Shown here piece after piece: positions 9,347-21,373 of a stretch of 64,000 nucleotides of DNA. The notes under the pieces were generated by a model. That model was given only the letters and a program-made list of their open reading frames with translations. It searched no databases and was not told the DNA's origin. The stretch's first letter is position 1. Each line of letters opens with the position of its first letter. This DNA is from Candidatus Latescibacterota bacterium (lineage in GTDB: Bacteria > Latescibacterota > UBA2968 > SICM01). The DNA lies in NCBI GenBank assembly GCA_965217865.1, contig CBDCJO010000002.1, forward strand, positions 416,001 to 480,000, written 5' to 3'. The translations under genes were made by a program, and so were the position numbers.

Positions 9347-11244
9347 TTTCCAAGGCCTCGCTGATGACTTCGGCGACCTTCGCGATGATCAGGGGCTTCG
9401 GTAGAAACCCGGAAAGGCCTTGTGGAAGACCCTCGGACTCTCTCCCCTCCTCGAGAGGATAGCCCGTCATCGCCACCATCCGCACCCCTGGGTCTCTCTT
9501 CGTCAAGGTCTCGAAAAGCTCCTTCCCGCCCATCTTCGGCATCACCATATCGGACAGCACGAGCGCGATCTCATCTCGATGGGCATCAAAAACATTCAAT
9601 GCATCTTCTCCGTTATCTGCAGTAAGAACCCTGTAGTTTAGATTTTCAAGCATATCTTTAACCACCAACCACCTCTTGCATCTCCGGTTCATCTTCGACA
9701 ACCAGAATGGTCTCGTCGCTTCCGCTTTTTACTTCAACCTTGGTTTCTTCAGGCGGGGGTTCGGCCTTGGCGATTTGGGGGATGTAGATCATAAAGGTTG
9801 TCCCCTTTCCGATCTCACTCTTCACGTCGATATAACCCCCGTGCTGCTTCACGATCCCGTAGACCTGAGCCAGCCCCAACCCTGTTCCCTCTCCGGGCTT
9901 TTTGGTCGTGAAAAAGGGCTCGTAGATGTGCTCGATCACTTCGGCCGGCATTCCAGCCCCCTGGTCTGAGACGGTCCACAGAACCCACTCGCCTGGCTCC
10001 ATCTGGGGAATTCGATATTCCCCCCGCTTTCGGAGGCTGCTTTCACCCGGCTCAACCGAGATTCTGGATAGCCCGACACGCAGTTCCCCACCCTCCGGAA
10101 TCGCGTCACGCGCGTTTACCGCCAGGTTTGTGATCACCTGTTGCAACTGAGTCAGGTTAGCCTCTATGATATAATCCCCGGGGCCGAACTCCGCGACCAT
10201 CTTAATGGTCTCGGGAAGGGTTCGTTCGAGAAGCTTGAGAGCTTCCTTCAGGAAGGGAACCAGATCCATTCTACGCCTCTGAACCACGCTTTTTCGGCTG
10301 AAGTCCAGCACCTGCCCGATAAGCTGCGCCGCGCGTTGTCCTTGGGATATGATGCGCTCCAGGTTTCGCCTGTCGCGGTCCTGAAGGTATTCCTTTCTCT
10401 CCAGGATCTGTGCAAACCCGATGATGATTGAGAGCATGTTGTTAAAGTCGTGGGCAATACCCGCGGCAAGCTGACCCACGGCCGCGAGCCGGTCCTGGAG
10501 CTGAACGCGCTCCAGGATCTCACGCTCCTCGGTCACCTCCCGTATCATCAGCACCCAGCCTCCGCCCGATTCACCGCTTTTGATCGCCCGACCCTCAACT
10601 TTAAAAAACCGCTGCGGGGGGCCCTCCGCTTCCACTTCGTGCGCCAACCCATCCCCCCGGGGCGCCAGGATCTCCTCCAACGAAAGTTTTCCGATTCGGA
10701 CAACGTCCTCTCCCTCCGCAGCGTCCGTCAATACGGAAAGATAATCCTCCGCCACAGAGTTGGACATGATCAGATGTCGCCCTCCATCCAAAAGACAGAC
10801 CCCGTCAGGGAGTTGTTCGACAAGATCTGCAAGCTGTGCCTCTCCGACATGTCTTTGTCGAGCTTCTTTACTTTCTAGATCCTCGATGCCTTGACGAATC
10901 GCAGACTTGAGTTCTTCGGCCGTCCAGGGTTTACACAGGTAGTAGTGAATATGGCCCTCATTTACAGCCTTTCTCATAGTATCCAGATCGGAATCGCCGG
11001 TCAGCATGATCCGGTAGACGTTGGGCCAGAGGCCTCGTACTTGGCCCAGGAACTCCGACCCTGTCATTTCGGGCATCCATTGGTCGGCCACGACCACCGC
11101 GGTCCGCTTTGCTTTCATGTGCTTCAGCCCTTCCCGTCCGCTTGAGGCCACGACTACTTCGTAGGGTTCGTCCTTCAGTTCCTGTTTCAGCATCTCGAGC
11201 ACAAGAGACTCATCGTCGACGCATAGGACCGTCATTTTATCCAC
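9338..11244 (-). pseudogene. hybrid sensor histidine kinase (REC-PAS-HisKA-HATPase-REC); last REC out of frame
   Basis: VLCVDDE, AGIAHDFNNML, NLAVNARDA, PFFTTK and GTGLGLA. A 7-bp duplication (aaccacc x2, 9660-9673) shifts the frame in ILVVEDE...; VKDMLENL...DMVMPKMGG...KP continues in another frame. Confidence 0.85.
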
Positions 11245-11458
11245 TTGTGGCCTCCTTAGGCTTTGAGGCGAGACGGGATGGAGACATCAGTTGGAAGGGC
11301 GGACCGTTATGTGACATTTGATTAATATTCCCCTGGTTACCTGAAGCCCGGACGGGGCCAAATCAAGAAAAGGTAATCGGAATGGGATGGATGCCATATA
11401 TTATGTGGAGCGAATTCAAAAAACAAGAAAAAACCCAGTGATCAGGGAGGGTTGTTGG

Positions 11459-12916
11459 ATGAAGGTATTTTTACAGTCTCCTGAAGGCGGGTGGGTAGGC
11501 GACACCATGCCGTTTTTCTGGAAGGGCGAGTACCACATTTTCTACCTGAAGGCTTTCCGGACCCCGGAAAGCGATGAACCGGGATACTCGGTTTATCATA
11601 TAGGGACCCGGAATTTCGTAAACTACACCGACTACGGAGAAGCCATCCCCCGCGGATCTGAGGAGGACCAGGATCACGGCATCTGCACGGGCTGTGTGAT
11701 CCGAAGGAATGGGATTTTCCATTTCTTTTTCGGGGGTGATAATAAGGCTTATCCGGCTCGAGGGAAGTCTCAGCAGGTCCTGATGCACTCCACCAGCAGG
11801 GACCTGGTCCACTGGGTTAAGGATCCCGGGTTCGTCTTTCCTGCGGATGGAGAGATCTACGACCTGCACGACATGGACCTAGGCCTGTCCTATCGCACGC
11901 ATTGGCGTGATCCATATGTCTTCTGGAACGACGAAAAAGGGGAATACTGGATGCTGGTGACCGCAGCCGTTCCGATCGGACCTCATCGGCAAAAGGGTTG
12001 TATTGGGTTGTGCACCTCTAAAGACCTCGAAAACTGGGAATATCGGGAGCCTTTCTGGGCCCCCGGATCGAGTCGGCCGCAGGAGGTTCCGGACCTTTTC
12101 AGGATGGGTGACTGGTGGTACCTGGTCTTCTCGAGGGTCACCACACAGTACAGGATGAGTCGATCCCTCTCGGGTCCGTGGCTTGCCCCGCCACACGAGA
12201 CCTTTGACGGAGGACTCTATTACGCCGGGAAGACGGCCTCGGACGGCCGGCGACGATTTGTCTTCGGATGGAATCCTACAAGGGAAGGAGAATCCGACTC
12301 GGGGGACCCACACTGGGGGGGCAACTTGGTCATCCACGAGCTCGTTCAGCAGGCCGATGGAAGGCTCACGACCAGAGTCCCTGGTGAAATCGATGCTTTG
12401 TTTAGCAATCCTCTGGACATTTCTCCCAGAGGGGTAACCGGGAATTGGGAGACCTCAGATCGGAGAATTTCAGCCGACGCAGCCGACAGCTTCGCCTGGT
12501 GCGCTTTAGCCGAGACCCCAGACACATTCAGGTTGGAAACCTCGATACGGTTTGAGAAGGGAACCCGGGCTTGCGGGGTGTTTCTGCGTGCCGACGAAGA
12601 CCTGAAGGGTTACTATCAATTCCGATTGGAGCCTCAAAGGGGTAGGATCGTGTTCGACAGTTGCTCCAGGCCCGGAGCCCAGCCGTTCGGGCCGGCGTAC
12701 TTGTTAGAACGCCCTGTCGGATTGAAACCGGGCGAGAATGTCGACTTGAAAATTCTCGTCGAAGATTCGACAATCGTTGCATACGTGAATGAAGAAGCCG
12801 CGCTTTCGGCTCGGGGTTATGATCACCGGACCGGCCTTGCCGGTATTTTTGTAAGCGAGGGAAGGGCGATCTTTGAGGAAACATCCCTGAAAACAACTCC
12901 CTCTCAGTCTGGGTAA
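11459..12916 (+). CDS. GH32-family beta-fructosidase-like protein
   Basis: WVGDTMPF, WRDP and EVPD catalytic-triad-like motifs; YAGK; WGGNLVIHEL; C-terminal beta-sandwich; GGAGG RBS. Confidence 0.85.
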   Translation: MKVFLQSPEGGWVGDTMPFFWKGEYHIFYLKAFRTPESDEPGYSVYHIGTRNFVNYTDYGEAIPRGSEEDQDHGICTGCVIRRNGIFHFFFGGDNKAYPARGKSQQVLMHSTSRDLVHWVKDPGFVFPADGEIYDLHDMDLGLSYRTHWRDPYVFWNDEKGEYWMLVTAAVPIGPHRQKGCIGLCTSKDLENWEYREPFWAPGSSRPQEVPDLFRMGDWWYLVFSRVTTQYRMSRSLSGPWLAPPHETFDGGLYYAGKTASDGRRRFVFGWNPTREGESDSGDPHWGGNLVIHELVQQADGRLTTRVPGEIDALFSNPLDISPRGVTGNWETSDRRISADAADSFAWCALAETPDTFRLETSIRFEKGTRACGVFLRADEDLKGYYQFRLEPQRGRIVFDSCSRPGAQPFGPAYLLERPVGLKPGENVDLKILVEDSTIVAYVNEEAALSARGYDHRTGLAGIFVSEGRAIFEETSLKTTPSQSG

Positions 12917-13008
12917 ACTCTTGGGCAACTTAACGCGTTAAGTATTTGCGCATATTTTCCGAAGGCACGACGGGGTTCCTCTTCGTCTTTCAGACCCTGA
13001 ATCAAAAC

Positions 13009-13375
13009 TGTCATCCTGACTCCCTTCACTGCGTTCATGATAAACTCCGGCGAAGCTTTGTCCTGAGCCCTTCGACGGAGTCGTACATCCTGAGCGGAGC
13101 AGCGCGTAAGCGCTGCGTAGTCGAAGGACCACCCCCTGAGCGGAACGAAGTGGAGTCGAAGGGGGAAGCTCGATTTTCAAAAAAACGAAATATCCAAGAG
13201 ATAAAACGATTTCTCTTCGTCAATTAGACAATTCAAACCAAATATGTCATTCTGAGCCGAAGGCGAAGAATCTCTGTTTTCGGATACTCTCTGAAAATAA
13301 AAAATAATGAACCCTGGAAATCGACTTTTCCAACCCCCCTACAAAAAAAGAGATCCTTCGCGCACAAAGCCCAGC
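13009..13375. repeat. nested REP-like array (GTCATCCTGAGC...GAAGGATCT / CCTGAGC...GTCGAAGG family)
   Basis: Several cctgagc...gtcgaagg units, gtcattctgagccgaaggcgaagaatctc, and gagatccttcgcgcacaaag (reverse complement present at about 52487-52506). Confidence 0.7.
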
Positions 13376-13555
13376 GGAAGAGCGGAACTTGGTTCGAAAA
13401 CAAACGAGCAACGGTTGGGTGATAGCAAGAACAAGGGCGACCTTGGAGGAGGGGTTGGAAACAAACAAGATGACTCTCGACTCACATGCCATCGGTGGTA
13501 AATGCAAGGCTAATTCTTTTACACCGGCCGTAAAAACAACAGGGGTATCTTGAAC

Positions 13556-15076
13556 ATGCATTACTCCCCGAAAGGCATGGCCATATGGGATACCTGGTTC
13601 CTTTCCCACGCCGGGAGGGTGCACTGCATGCACCTTCAACGTCTTCGGAAGGGTTCCGATCGGCCGGATGGCGAAGAGGACTGGATCGGACACGCCGTCA
13701 GCGATGACCTGATCCACTGGGAGGAATTGCCGCTTGTACTCGGACCGGGTCAACCGGGAGGGGGGGACGACCTTCAACCGTGGACGGGATGCCTGATCGA
13801 GCACAATGGAAGTTTTTACCTCTTCTATACGATGCGTTCGAGACGGGACAAGGGGATGTTTCAGGCAATCGGCCTTGCGCTTAGCGATGACCTGACGAAC
13901 TGGCGGCGGTATGAGGGAAATCCCGTCATTGAACCCGACCCCCGGTGGTACGTGAACAAAGCGCACCCCCTGCCCACCGGGAAGGTCGACTGCCGGGATC
14001 TTCTTGTAATTCGAGATCCAAACCGCGACGGATGGCTCGGCTACTACGCGGCCAGCATACCGCCTGATTCCGCCAACGAACGTCCCGAGACTTCCGTGAT
14101 CGCCTGCGTGCAGTCGGGAAACCTTTTGCAATGGGAGCACCTTGAGCCTGCCTTTGCGCCCCGGAAGTACGCCACCATCGAAGTGCCGGATGTGTTCGAG
14201 CTCGACGGGCAGTGGTATATGACCTGTTTGACGGGGCACGGATACGGCAGCAGAGGTATGTTCTCAGATCCCCGGGTCACGTGGGGCACCATCTATGCGC
14301 TCGCAGACCGCCCGCAAGGACCTTACACCGAGCTGTCCGAAAATGTGCTCATCGGGGCCGCGGAACCAAACACAATCAGCTGCAGAAGTGCGGAATTCGA
14401 GGGGCGACGCTACCTCTTCTACACCCTCAAGCAGAAAGACGATCGAACCGACGGAGGGGGGCTTTGCCACGGCGTGTTGAGCACGCCGAAGGAACTTCGA
14501 ACCGGGGGGGGCGGCCGGCTTCTCCCCTGCTATTCGGACCGTGTGGACCCCGGAGAAGAACTCCGACTCAACTGGAATCGTTTCGAAGATGGCAGTCGAG
14601 GGATGATATTCTCTCCCGGCAGATGGAGAGTCGATGGGGGGTGTTGTCGGGGTGTGGTTCGGTCAGGCTGGGGGCGCTATGTTCTGGAGGAACCTCAGGA
14701 GGGCGATTTTCTTCTGTGCGCGCGGGTCCGAATGGAAAAAGGCATCGGGGCCGGGGTTGTCTTCAGACATATGGATGCAAGAAATTCGGCTGCGGCGATC
14801 CTGGATTTCGACGCCCAGGAGATCCTCTACACGGAACTTCCGGAATTTGGGCACATCGAATCCCGGGGGGTAAAACTGGAACGAGGCGAAACCTACTTGC
14901 TTCGAATCCTGGCCTCGGGAGAGTTCATAGAGGTGTATCTCGACGAGGTGCTTCTGCTGCAGGTCCTTCGTTATCGACTGGGGTGCGGGCAGATCGGTCT
15001 GCTCGTCGATCGCGGAACCGCTGAATTCCGGGATCTTTCGATCATTCTGCTGGAGAAGCAACTCAAAACATCATAG
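13556..15076 (+). CDS. GH32/GH68-like glycoside hydrolase
   Basis: IWDTW, IGHAVSDDLIHWEE, WTGC, CRD and EVPDV motifs. Confidence 0.85.
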   Translation: MHYSPKGMAIWDTWFLSHAGRVHCMHLQRLRKGSDRPDGEEDWIGHAVSDDLIHWEELPLVLGPGQPGGGDDLQPWTGCLIEHNGSFYLFYTMRSRRDKGMFQAIGLALSDDLTNWRRYEGNPVIEPDPRWYVNKAHPLPTGKVDCRDLLVIRDPNRDGWLGYYAASIPPDSANERPETSVIACVQSGNLLQWEHLEPAFAPRKYATIEVPDVFELDGQWYMTCLTGHGYGSRGMFSDPRVTWGTIYALADRPQGPYTELSENVLIGAAEPNTISCRSAEFEGRRYLFYTLKQKDDRTDGGGLCHGVLSTPKELRTGGGGRLLPCYSDRVDPGEELRLNWNRFEDGSRGMIFSPGRWRVDGGCCRGVVRSGWGRYVLEEPQEGDFLLCARVRMEKGIGAGVVFRHMDARNSAAAILDFDAQEILYTELPEFGHIESRGVKLERGETYLLRILASGEFIEVYLDEVLLLQVLRYRLGCGQIGLLVDRGTAEFRDLSIILLEKQLKTS

Positions 15077-15094
15077 AACCAATAGTCACTCACA

Positions 15095-15250
15095 ATGTCG
15101 GAAACCAGACACAACATTCTGATCCTCTGCTCCGACCAGCATCACCCCCGCTGCGCCGGCTTCAGGGGACATCACGCGGTCCGGACACCGCATCTGGATC
15201 GCCTCGCTCGGCAAGGTACGCATTTCACCCGGGCCTACTGTAACAGCCCG
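15095..15250 (+). pseudogene. sulfatase N-terminus truncated by IS3 insertion
   Basis: NILILCSDQH...TPHLDRLARQGTHFTRAYCNSP, then IS sequence immediately before the expected CxPxR motif. Confidence 0.85.
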
Positions 15251-16815
15251 TATCTTTTGTCTGAGATCGCCCGAAAAAACGGGGGCAAGGTCGAAGCAAG
15301 ATCCTGGTTGCCTGTAGGGTTGAGAAGGGATACATATTTTGGGATATCCCTGACCTCACAGGAGGAGTAAAGATGGAGCAACTGTCCTCAAACAGTGACC
15401 CGGTCAAGAAGCGCAGGAGCTTGTCCCCGGAACAGAAGTATGAGATTTTCCTTGAAGCCAGCCGGGGAGATGTTCCCATTGCACAGGTGCTGCGGAAATG
15501 GGGCATTCATTCCTCGGATCTAAAGCGTATTCGTGAGTCGGTCAAGTCCGGGGCCCTCAAGGAGTTCAAGGGTCGCCGGAGCCGCAAGCCGATGGTATCG
15601 GCTGAGGAGGTGGAGCAGCTGCGCAAAGAGCGGGCACGCCTGGAGCAAACGATCATTGAGCAATCTGTGGAACTTTCCCTGCTAAAAAAAAGTGTGAATG
15701 GGATCTGACAGGCCCGATCAAGGGCCACCGGGTGCAAGCTGAGGTCAAACGCGAGATCCTCTTAATGGTCCATCGGGCCAAGGAGAAAGGGGTGAAACTC
15801 ACCCGTTCTTGCGAGATCCTACAGCTTCCCCTCCAGCGGTATTGTGCCTGGAGCCGGCGAGATCGAGAAGAGAAGCTGGATGGGGTGTCGGACCCGCTTT
15901 TGGATGGGAAGCCCGGGCCCGCCCCTGATGAGGCCCCACACGGATTGCTGAGGGAGGAGAAAGAGCAAATCCCGGCCCTCTTAAGGGATGAGACCTATGC
16001 CGATCTGCCTCCCCATCAGCTGGCGGTGGTAGCCTCAGAGAAGGGGGTAGTGCAGGCCTCGGCCTCCAGCTTCTACCGACAGGCCAGGAAAGAACGTCTG
16101 GCACGCAGGAAACAGGTGAGGACGCCGGTCAAGCAGAGCAAGCCCCAGGTCAAACCTGAAGGTCCTAATCAGGTCTGGAGCTGGGACCTGACCTACATCC
16201 CATTTTTCGGTTTGTTCCTGTATTTTACCGCCATTCTCGACGTGTATTCCAGGAAGATCGTAGGATGGAAGCTCTCCTTCAACGCGACCGTGGAGCAGGT
16301 CAAACAGGCCTGGGATCAAGCCCTTGCCAACGAAGGACTGCTGGACCTGGACACTGGGCCCATAAGCTTGACAGCCCTCTCAGATCACGGATCTCAGATG
16401 AAGGCCAAATCGATGGCCCAATTCTTCAAGGACCTGGGCATCTCGCAGCTGTTTGCCCGATATCAAACACCCACGGACAACGCCTGGATCGAAGCCTTTT
16501 TCCGGACATTCAAATACGACTGGCTGCGCTTCCAGGACATCTTCACATTCCATCAACTGGAAGGCCTGATTGATTCCTTCATTCACAGCTACAACGCCGA
16601 ACGCTATCACGGGGCAATACAGTATGTCACGCCTCTTCAGAGGCATAAAGGCCAGCATCAAAAGATTCTTCACCACCGACAAGGTCGAAAGGAGGAGGCT
16701 CGGCAGCGCCGCATAGAAATCAATCGGCAAAGAACATCCCAGACCATCCACAAGGCTGCCTGAATCTTGCTTGGACCTTTATCTGCTTTTCTCTTGTTAT
16801 CTCAGAATAGATACA
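15251..16815 (+). mobile_element. IS3-family element, copy 1 (orfA 15373-15708, orfB to 16763, A8 slippery site at 15684-15691)
   Basis: HTH orfA; DDE integrase core (WSWDLTY, SDHGSQ, DNAWIEAFF); imperfect 17-bp IRs tatcttttgtctgagat / atctcagaatagataca; near-identical copy at 36218-37776. Confidence 0.9.
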
Positions 16816-19545
16816 CACCGAACAGATCATTGAACTCTCTCAAGATGCTCGAGAGCCGCTCCAGCTCCGGCTCCGGCACGTGGCCGCCGCCGCTCGGTGG
16901 CACGGGTGCGATCTCGGCATTCTCGTCGGGCAGCAGGATCTGCTGCACCGCGCGCTTCTCGACCCGATAGCTGTCCATGTCGATGGCGTCGAGGATGCCC
17001 TTGGAGAGGTCCTCCTCCTTGGGCGCCGGCAGCTTCGAGATCAGGAAGTTCAGGAAGATCGAGCGCTTCTCCCACGCGGCGTTCGTGTAGGGCAGGACGC
17101 ACGACAGGAAGCCGTAGGTCCGCGCGAATGCCTTGGCCTTGCCCTTGAAGTCCACATGCCCGTCCTCGTCCAGGTCTTTCCGATAGACCGCCACGCAGGC
17201 GTCGAGGATCGGATCCAATTGGTCGCGCTCGGCCCCGTCGAGGTAGCGCTCGACGAAGTCGTCGATCTGCTCGGGTGAGTAGACCTGGGTGGCATCCAGG
17301 TCCGCCTGCAGGTCGTGGAGCTTGTCGGGATCGGTCTCGCCGGCCAGGATCGTCGCGCGGTAGTAGTCGGTGAAGGCGTCGCGGATGGTGTCGGCGTCGT
17401 TGAGGAAGTCCAGCACGAAGACATCGTGCTTCTTCGGATGCGCCCGGTTGAGGCGCGACAGGGTCTGCACCGCCTTGATGCCAGACAGCGTCTTGTCCAC
17501 GTACATCGTGTGCAGCAACGGCTCGTCGTAGCCGGTCTGGAACTTGTCGACGCAGATCAGGAAGCGGTACGGATCCTGCTGGATCTTGTCGGCGATCTGG
17601 CCGGACGGAAAGCCGTTCAGCGACGTCTCGGTCACCTTCTCGCCGCCGAACTCGGGCTCGCCGGAGAAGGCCACGACGGTCCGGTACTGGCTCTTGCGCT
17701 CCTGCAGGTAGTCGCGGATGGCGTGGAAGTACTGGATCGTGCGCTCGATGCCGTTGGTGACCACCATCGCCCGCGCCTCGCCGCCGATCTTGTTCTTGGC
17801 GATGACCTGCTCGTGGAAGTGGTCGACCATGATCTCGGCCTTGAGGCGGATCGCGTGGTCGTGGCCCTCGACGAAGCGCCGCAGTTTCTTCTGCGCCTTC
17901 TTGACGTCGAACTCCGGGTCGTCCTCCACCGTTTTGGCAAGCCGGTAGTAGCTGGCCACCGGCGTGTAGTGCGCCAGCACGTCCAGGATGAACCCCTCCT
18001 GGATTGCCTGCTTCATGGTGTAGCTGTGGAAGGCGTGGTGCCTGACCGCGCCGCCGGGCTGCGGGTCCGGCGCGCCGAAGATCTCCAGCGTCTTGTTCTT
18101 CGGGGTGGCGGTAAACGCGAAGTAGCTGGCGTTCGGGAGCAGCTTGCGCGACTCCATCAGGCGGTTGATGTGGTCCTCGGTGGTCTCCTCCTCGGCCTCT
18201 TCACCGGCTGTCCCAAGCGCGGCCGAGATGGACGCCGAGGTGCGCCCACCCTGGCTGGAGTGCGCCTCGTCGATAATGATGGCGAAGCGCTGCCCGCGCT
18301 GCTCGTTGCCGATCTCGTCGAGGATGAAGGGGAACTTCTGAACCGTCGAGATGATGATCTTCTTGCCGGCCTCGATGAACCGGCGCAGGTCTCCGGAGCG
18401 CTCCGCGTGCCCCACCGTCGCGCCGACCTGGGCGACTGCTTGATGGTGTCGCGGATCTGCCGGTCGAGGATGCGCCTGTCGGTGACCACGATGATCGAGT
18501 CGAAGATCGGGGCGTCGTCCTTTGCGAGCCCGATCAGTTGGTGGGCCAGCCAAGCGATGGAGTTGCTCTTCCCGCTGCCCGCCGAGTGCTGGATCAGGTA
18601 GCGCCGGCCAGCCCCGTGCGTCGCGGCGTCGGCCAGCAGCCGGCGCACCACGTCGAGCTGTTGGTAGCGAGGCCAGATCTGCGTCCGCTTCTTCTTGCCG
18701 GTCTTCTCGTCCTTCGCCTCCACCACCTGGGCGTAGTTCTCCAGGATGTCGGTCAGGCTCTCGCGAGTCAGCACCTCGCGCCACAGGTAGTCGGTCTTGA
18801 TGCCGCTCGGGTTGGGCGGATTGCCAGCGCCGTCGTTCCAGCCCAGGTTGAACGGCAGGAACCAGGACGCCTTCCCCTTGAGGTGGGTGCAGAAGCGCAC
18901 GTCGCTCTCGTCCACCGCGAAGTGGGCCACGCAGCGGCCGAACTCGAACAGCTTCTCGCGCGGGTTGCGGTCCTTCTGGTACTGCCACACCGCATCGTCC
19001 ACCGTCTGCTTGGTCAGGCTGTTCTTCAGCTCGAACGTGAAGACCGGCAGGCCGTTGATGAAGAGGCCGATGTCGAGCGCCCGTTGGGTATCGTCGCGGC
19101 TGTAGCGAAGCTGCCGGACGACGGTGAAGCGGTTCTGCTCGAAGCGCTGCTGCGACTGCACGTTCCCGGGTGACGGAGTACCGTAGAAGATGTCCAGGTC
19201 GTGCGCGCCGTGCCTGAGGCCGTGGCGCAGCACGTCGATGGTGCCGCGCTTCGTGATTTCGCCTTGCAGCCGCGCCAGGAACTTGCGCCGCGTCGGACCA
19301 TTCTCGTCCAGCGCCAGCGACTCGGCCGCCTCCGGTTGGGTCGCGCGCAGGAATGCGGCAAGCTGAACGCGGTCGACACAAAACTCGCGGTCGTAGTCGT
19401 GCGAACTGCCACCGCTCCACCCCACGCCGCCGTAACCCGCGTGCGGCTCCGAGACCTGCCCCGCCTGCGGCGGATCACAGGCATGCCCGGCCAGCACCGT
19501 GCAGATCAGCCGTTCGAGGCCGCGTTCGCTGGTGTCGGTCGTCAC
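16816..19545 (-). pseudogene. hsdR: type I restriction endonuclease subunit R, frameshifted near 18435 and 3'-truncated by IS3
   Basis: LFINGLPVFTFELKN, HSAGSGKSNSI, IIDEAHSSQ, FTATPK, KFQTGYDEP and VQTLSRLNR. Confidence 0.9.
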
Positions 19546-20920
19546 ACCTCGGCCTCTTCGGGCACAGCATCGAGATCATCGGAGGGCTCTTCCTCGCCGT
19601 CGATCAAGGCATCCGCCTCGTCGAGCGGCTCCAGTTCCTCGACCTCATCCGGGAGTCGTGCCGCCGCCCGCACGTCGAGCTTCCCGGTGACCACGTCGGC
19701 GATCAGGCGGGTGCGGTATTCGCGCAGCAGCTCGATTTGGCGGCGGGCGCGGTCAACCGCGGTGTCAATGTCGGCGGTGGCCTTGTCGAGATAGCGGACG
19801 ATGGCGGCTTGCTCGGGGAGGGGGGGGAGAACCAACGACTGGTTTCCAATATCACCTACGCTGACAGCGTCGTACGTGGATCCAGTGGAAACCAACTTCA
19901 AACCATGACCAAGTGTTTCGAGTTGGTAGTGAGAGAATCCAGTGTGGGAAATTCTCTCGTTTGAGGTAATAGCACAAAGTCCCCGACCAATGCCATATTC
20001 CTGATCGGCTGTGTTTAGCTTGCCGACAGGTGCGCGAACTGACATAAGTATCGCACCCATCGGACTGATTCTTGATGGAGCACGACAAAATTGCACAGGA
20101 TTCGGGTGATGTGCCCCGAACTCCGCACAGCCTTGCAGGAATGGTGGGCCGATGCGCTCGTCACTGCAATCGTTCGAGGATGGAGACTGACCCATAAGTA
20201 GCGTCACTGAGTATTTCAATCGCCGCACCTCCCAATGCTCTGGCACGTCGCCGAACCACTCGACGCCGGAGGGCTTGAGGGGAACGTCGGAGTCCATGCC
20301 GCTGGTGACGGCCTGGTGGATGGTGGCCTGCTTCTGCTCCTTCAGCAGCACGATCAGCTGCTGCTGGGCGCGGATGTAGCGCCGGATGCGCCGGTCGGCG
20401 TGGTCGAGGAAGCGGACGATGGCGGCTTGTTCTGGCAAAGTGGGAAGGCACCCATAGATCATCTTGAAGTGCTCAGGTCACAGGCTCCACCTCCTTTGAG
20501 AAGGCAGGAGTCCGCAACAGGTAATGGAGGTAGCGAGAATCAGTCCCATCGCGCGGGCGCTCTACCACGTACGCTGGACTCACGATCCCTTGATAGCCAG
20601 AAACCCCAACAGACCCCTGCCACGCTCGCATCTTGTTGTAGGCAATGTCACCAGGCCGGACGAGCTTGTACGCGGACTTGTCCTGGTTCGAGCTGTCCTT
20701 CTTCGAGCTGTCGACTAGAAGTGCTTGCTGCCGGATGACGCCTCTTGTGATCGTCACCGATAGCATTTGTTCTTCCGGATGATCGCGTTCCTTCACCTCA
20801 GCAAAGAGTGCGCGGTTCGGCAACACCTCCCAGTGCTTTGGCACCTCTCCCAGCCACGGCACTCCGGAGTCCTTGTAGTCCGGGTACGGCTTGAGTGCGC
20901 GTGCCGCGTGGGTGCCGAGT
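19542..20920 (-). pseudogene. hsdS: type I RM specificity subunit S with internal deletion/frameshift near 20470
   Basis: YKDSGVPWLGEVPKHWE; LPEQAAIVRFLD / PPLPEQAAIVRYLD repeats; LIADVVTGK. Confidence 0.85.
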
Positions 20921-21164
20921 TCACATGTCGAGTTCACGGAGAAGCTCCTCGACGGTCATTTCGTGGTGCCGGGCAACGCTCTTCCAGGATGCTCGACAGC
21001 GTCTTCGCCCTGATCGGCGTGTGCAGCGGGATCACCTCATGATGTTCACCGTTGATCTGCGTCGTGATCCGCACGTGGGAGCCTCGCTGTCGCACGGTGT
21101 CGTACCCCAGACGTCGAAGCGATGCTTGCAGCGTCGCGCCGCTCACGTTGCGGGACAACTTCAT
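20921..21164 (-). pseudogene. hicA: HicA-family toxin with probable +1 frameshift near the C-terminus
   Basis: LRRLGYDTVRQRGSHVRI...IPLH. Removing one G near 20985 gives LKSVARHHEMTVEELLRELDM*. Confidence 0.75.
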
Positions 21165-21373
21165 GCCACGAGAACCTCATCCCGCACGAAGTACAACCGG
21201 ATCAACTTCGGTCGCGGCATGGTGTCGTCGAAGTAGCAGTCGACGGCCTCTTTGACGTTGCTGCGGATCTCCTCGACAGACTCGCCCTGGGTGTGAATGC
21301 CGTGCCCGATCGCGCTTGCCGAGTACCCGCCGTCCACTTCGTCTTCGGTGACTTCGAAGATGATCTCGGTCAT
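21161..21373 (-). CDS. hicB: HicB-like antitoxin (short form)
   Basis: EIIFEVTEDEVDGGYSASAIGHGIHTQGESVEEIRSNVKEAVDCYF; overlaps the hicA start. Confidence 0.75.
   Translation of the reverse strand: MTEIIFEVTEDEVDGGYSASAIGHGIHTQGESVEEIRSNVKEAVDCYFDDTMPRPKLIRLYFVRDEVLVA

Noticed and set aside
8838-9701. Independent 287-aa response regulator
   Set aside because: It is the out-of-frame C-terminal REC of the kinase plus read-through across repeats.
13247-14239. Long antisense ORFs (also 17315-18601, 42118-43242, 49497-50300, 4426-5139)
   Set aside because: Shadow frames of well-supported genes on the opposite strand in GC-rich DNA, with no motifs.
16802-19420. 872-aa HsdR as an intact protein
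   Set aside because: The first about 330 aa are an off-frame translation; the true N-terminus is in 18157-19545, and the C-terminus is cut by IS3.
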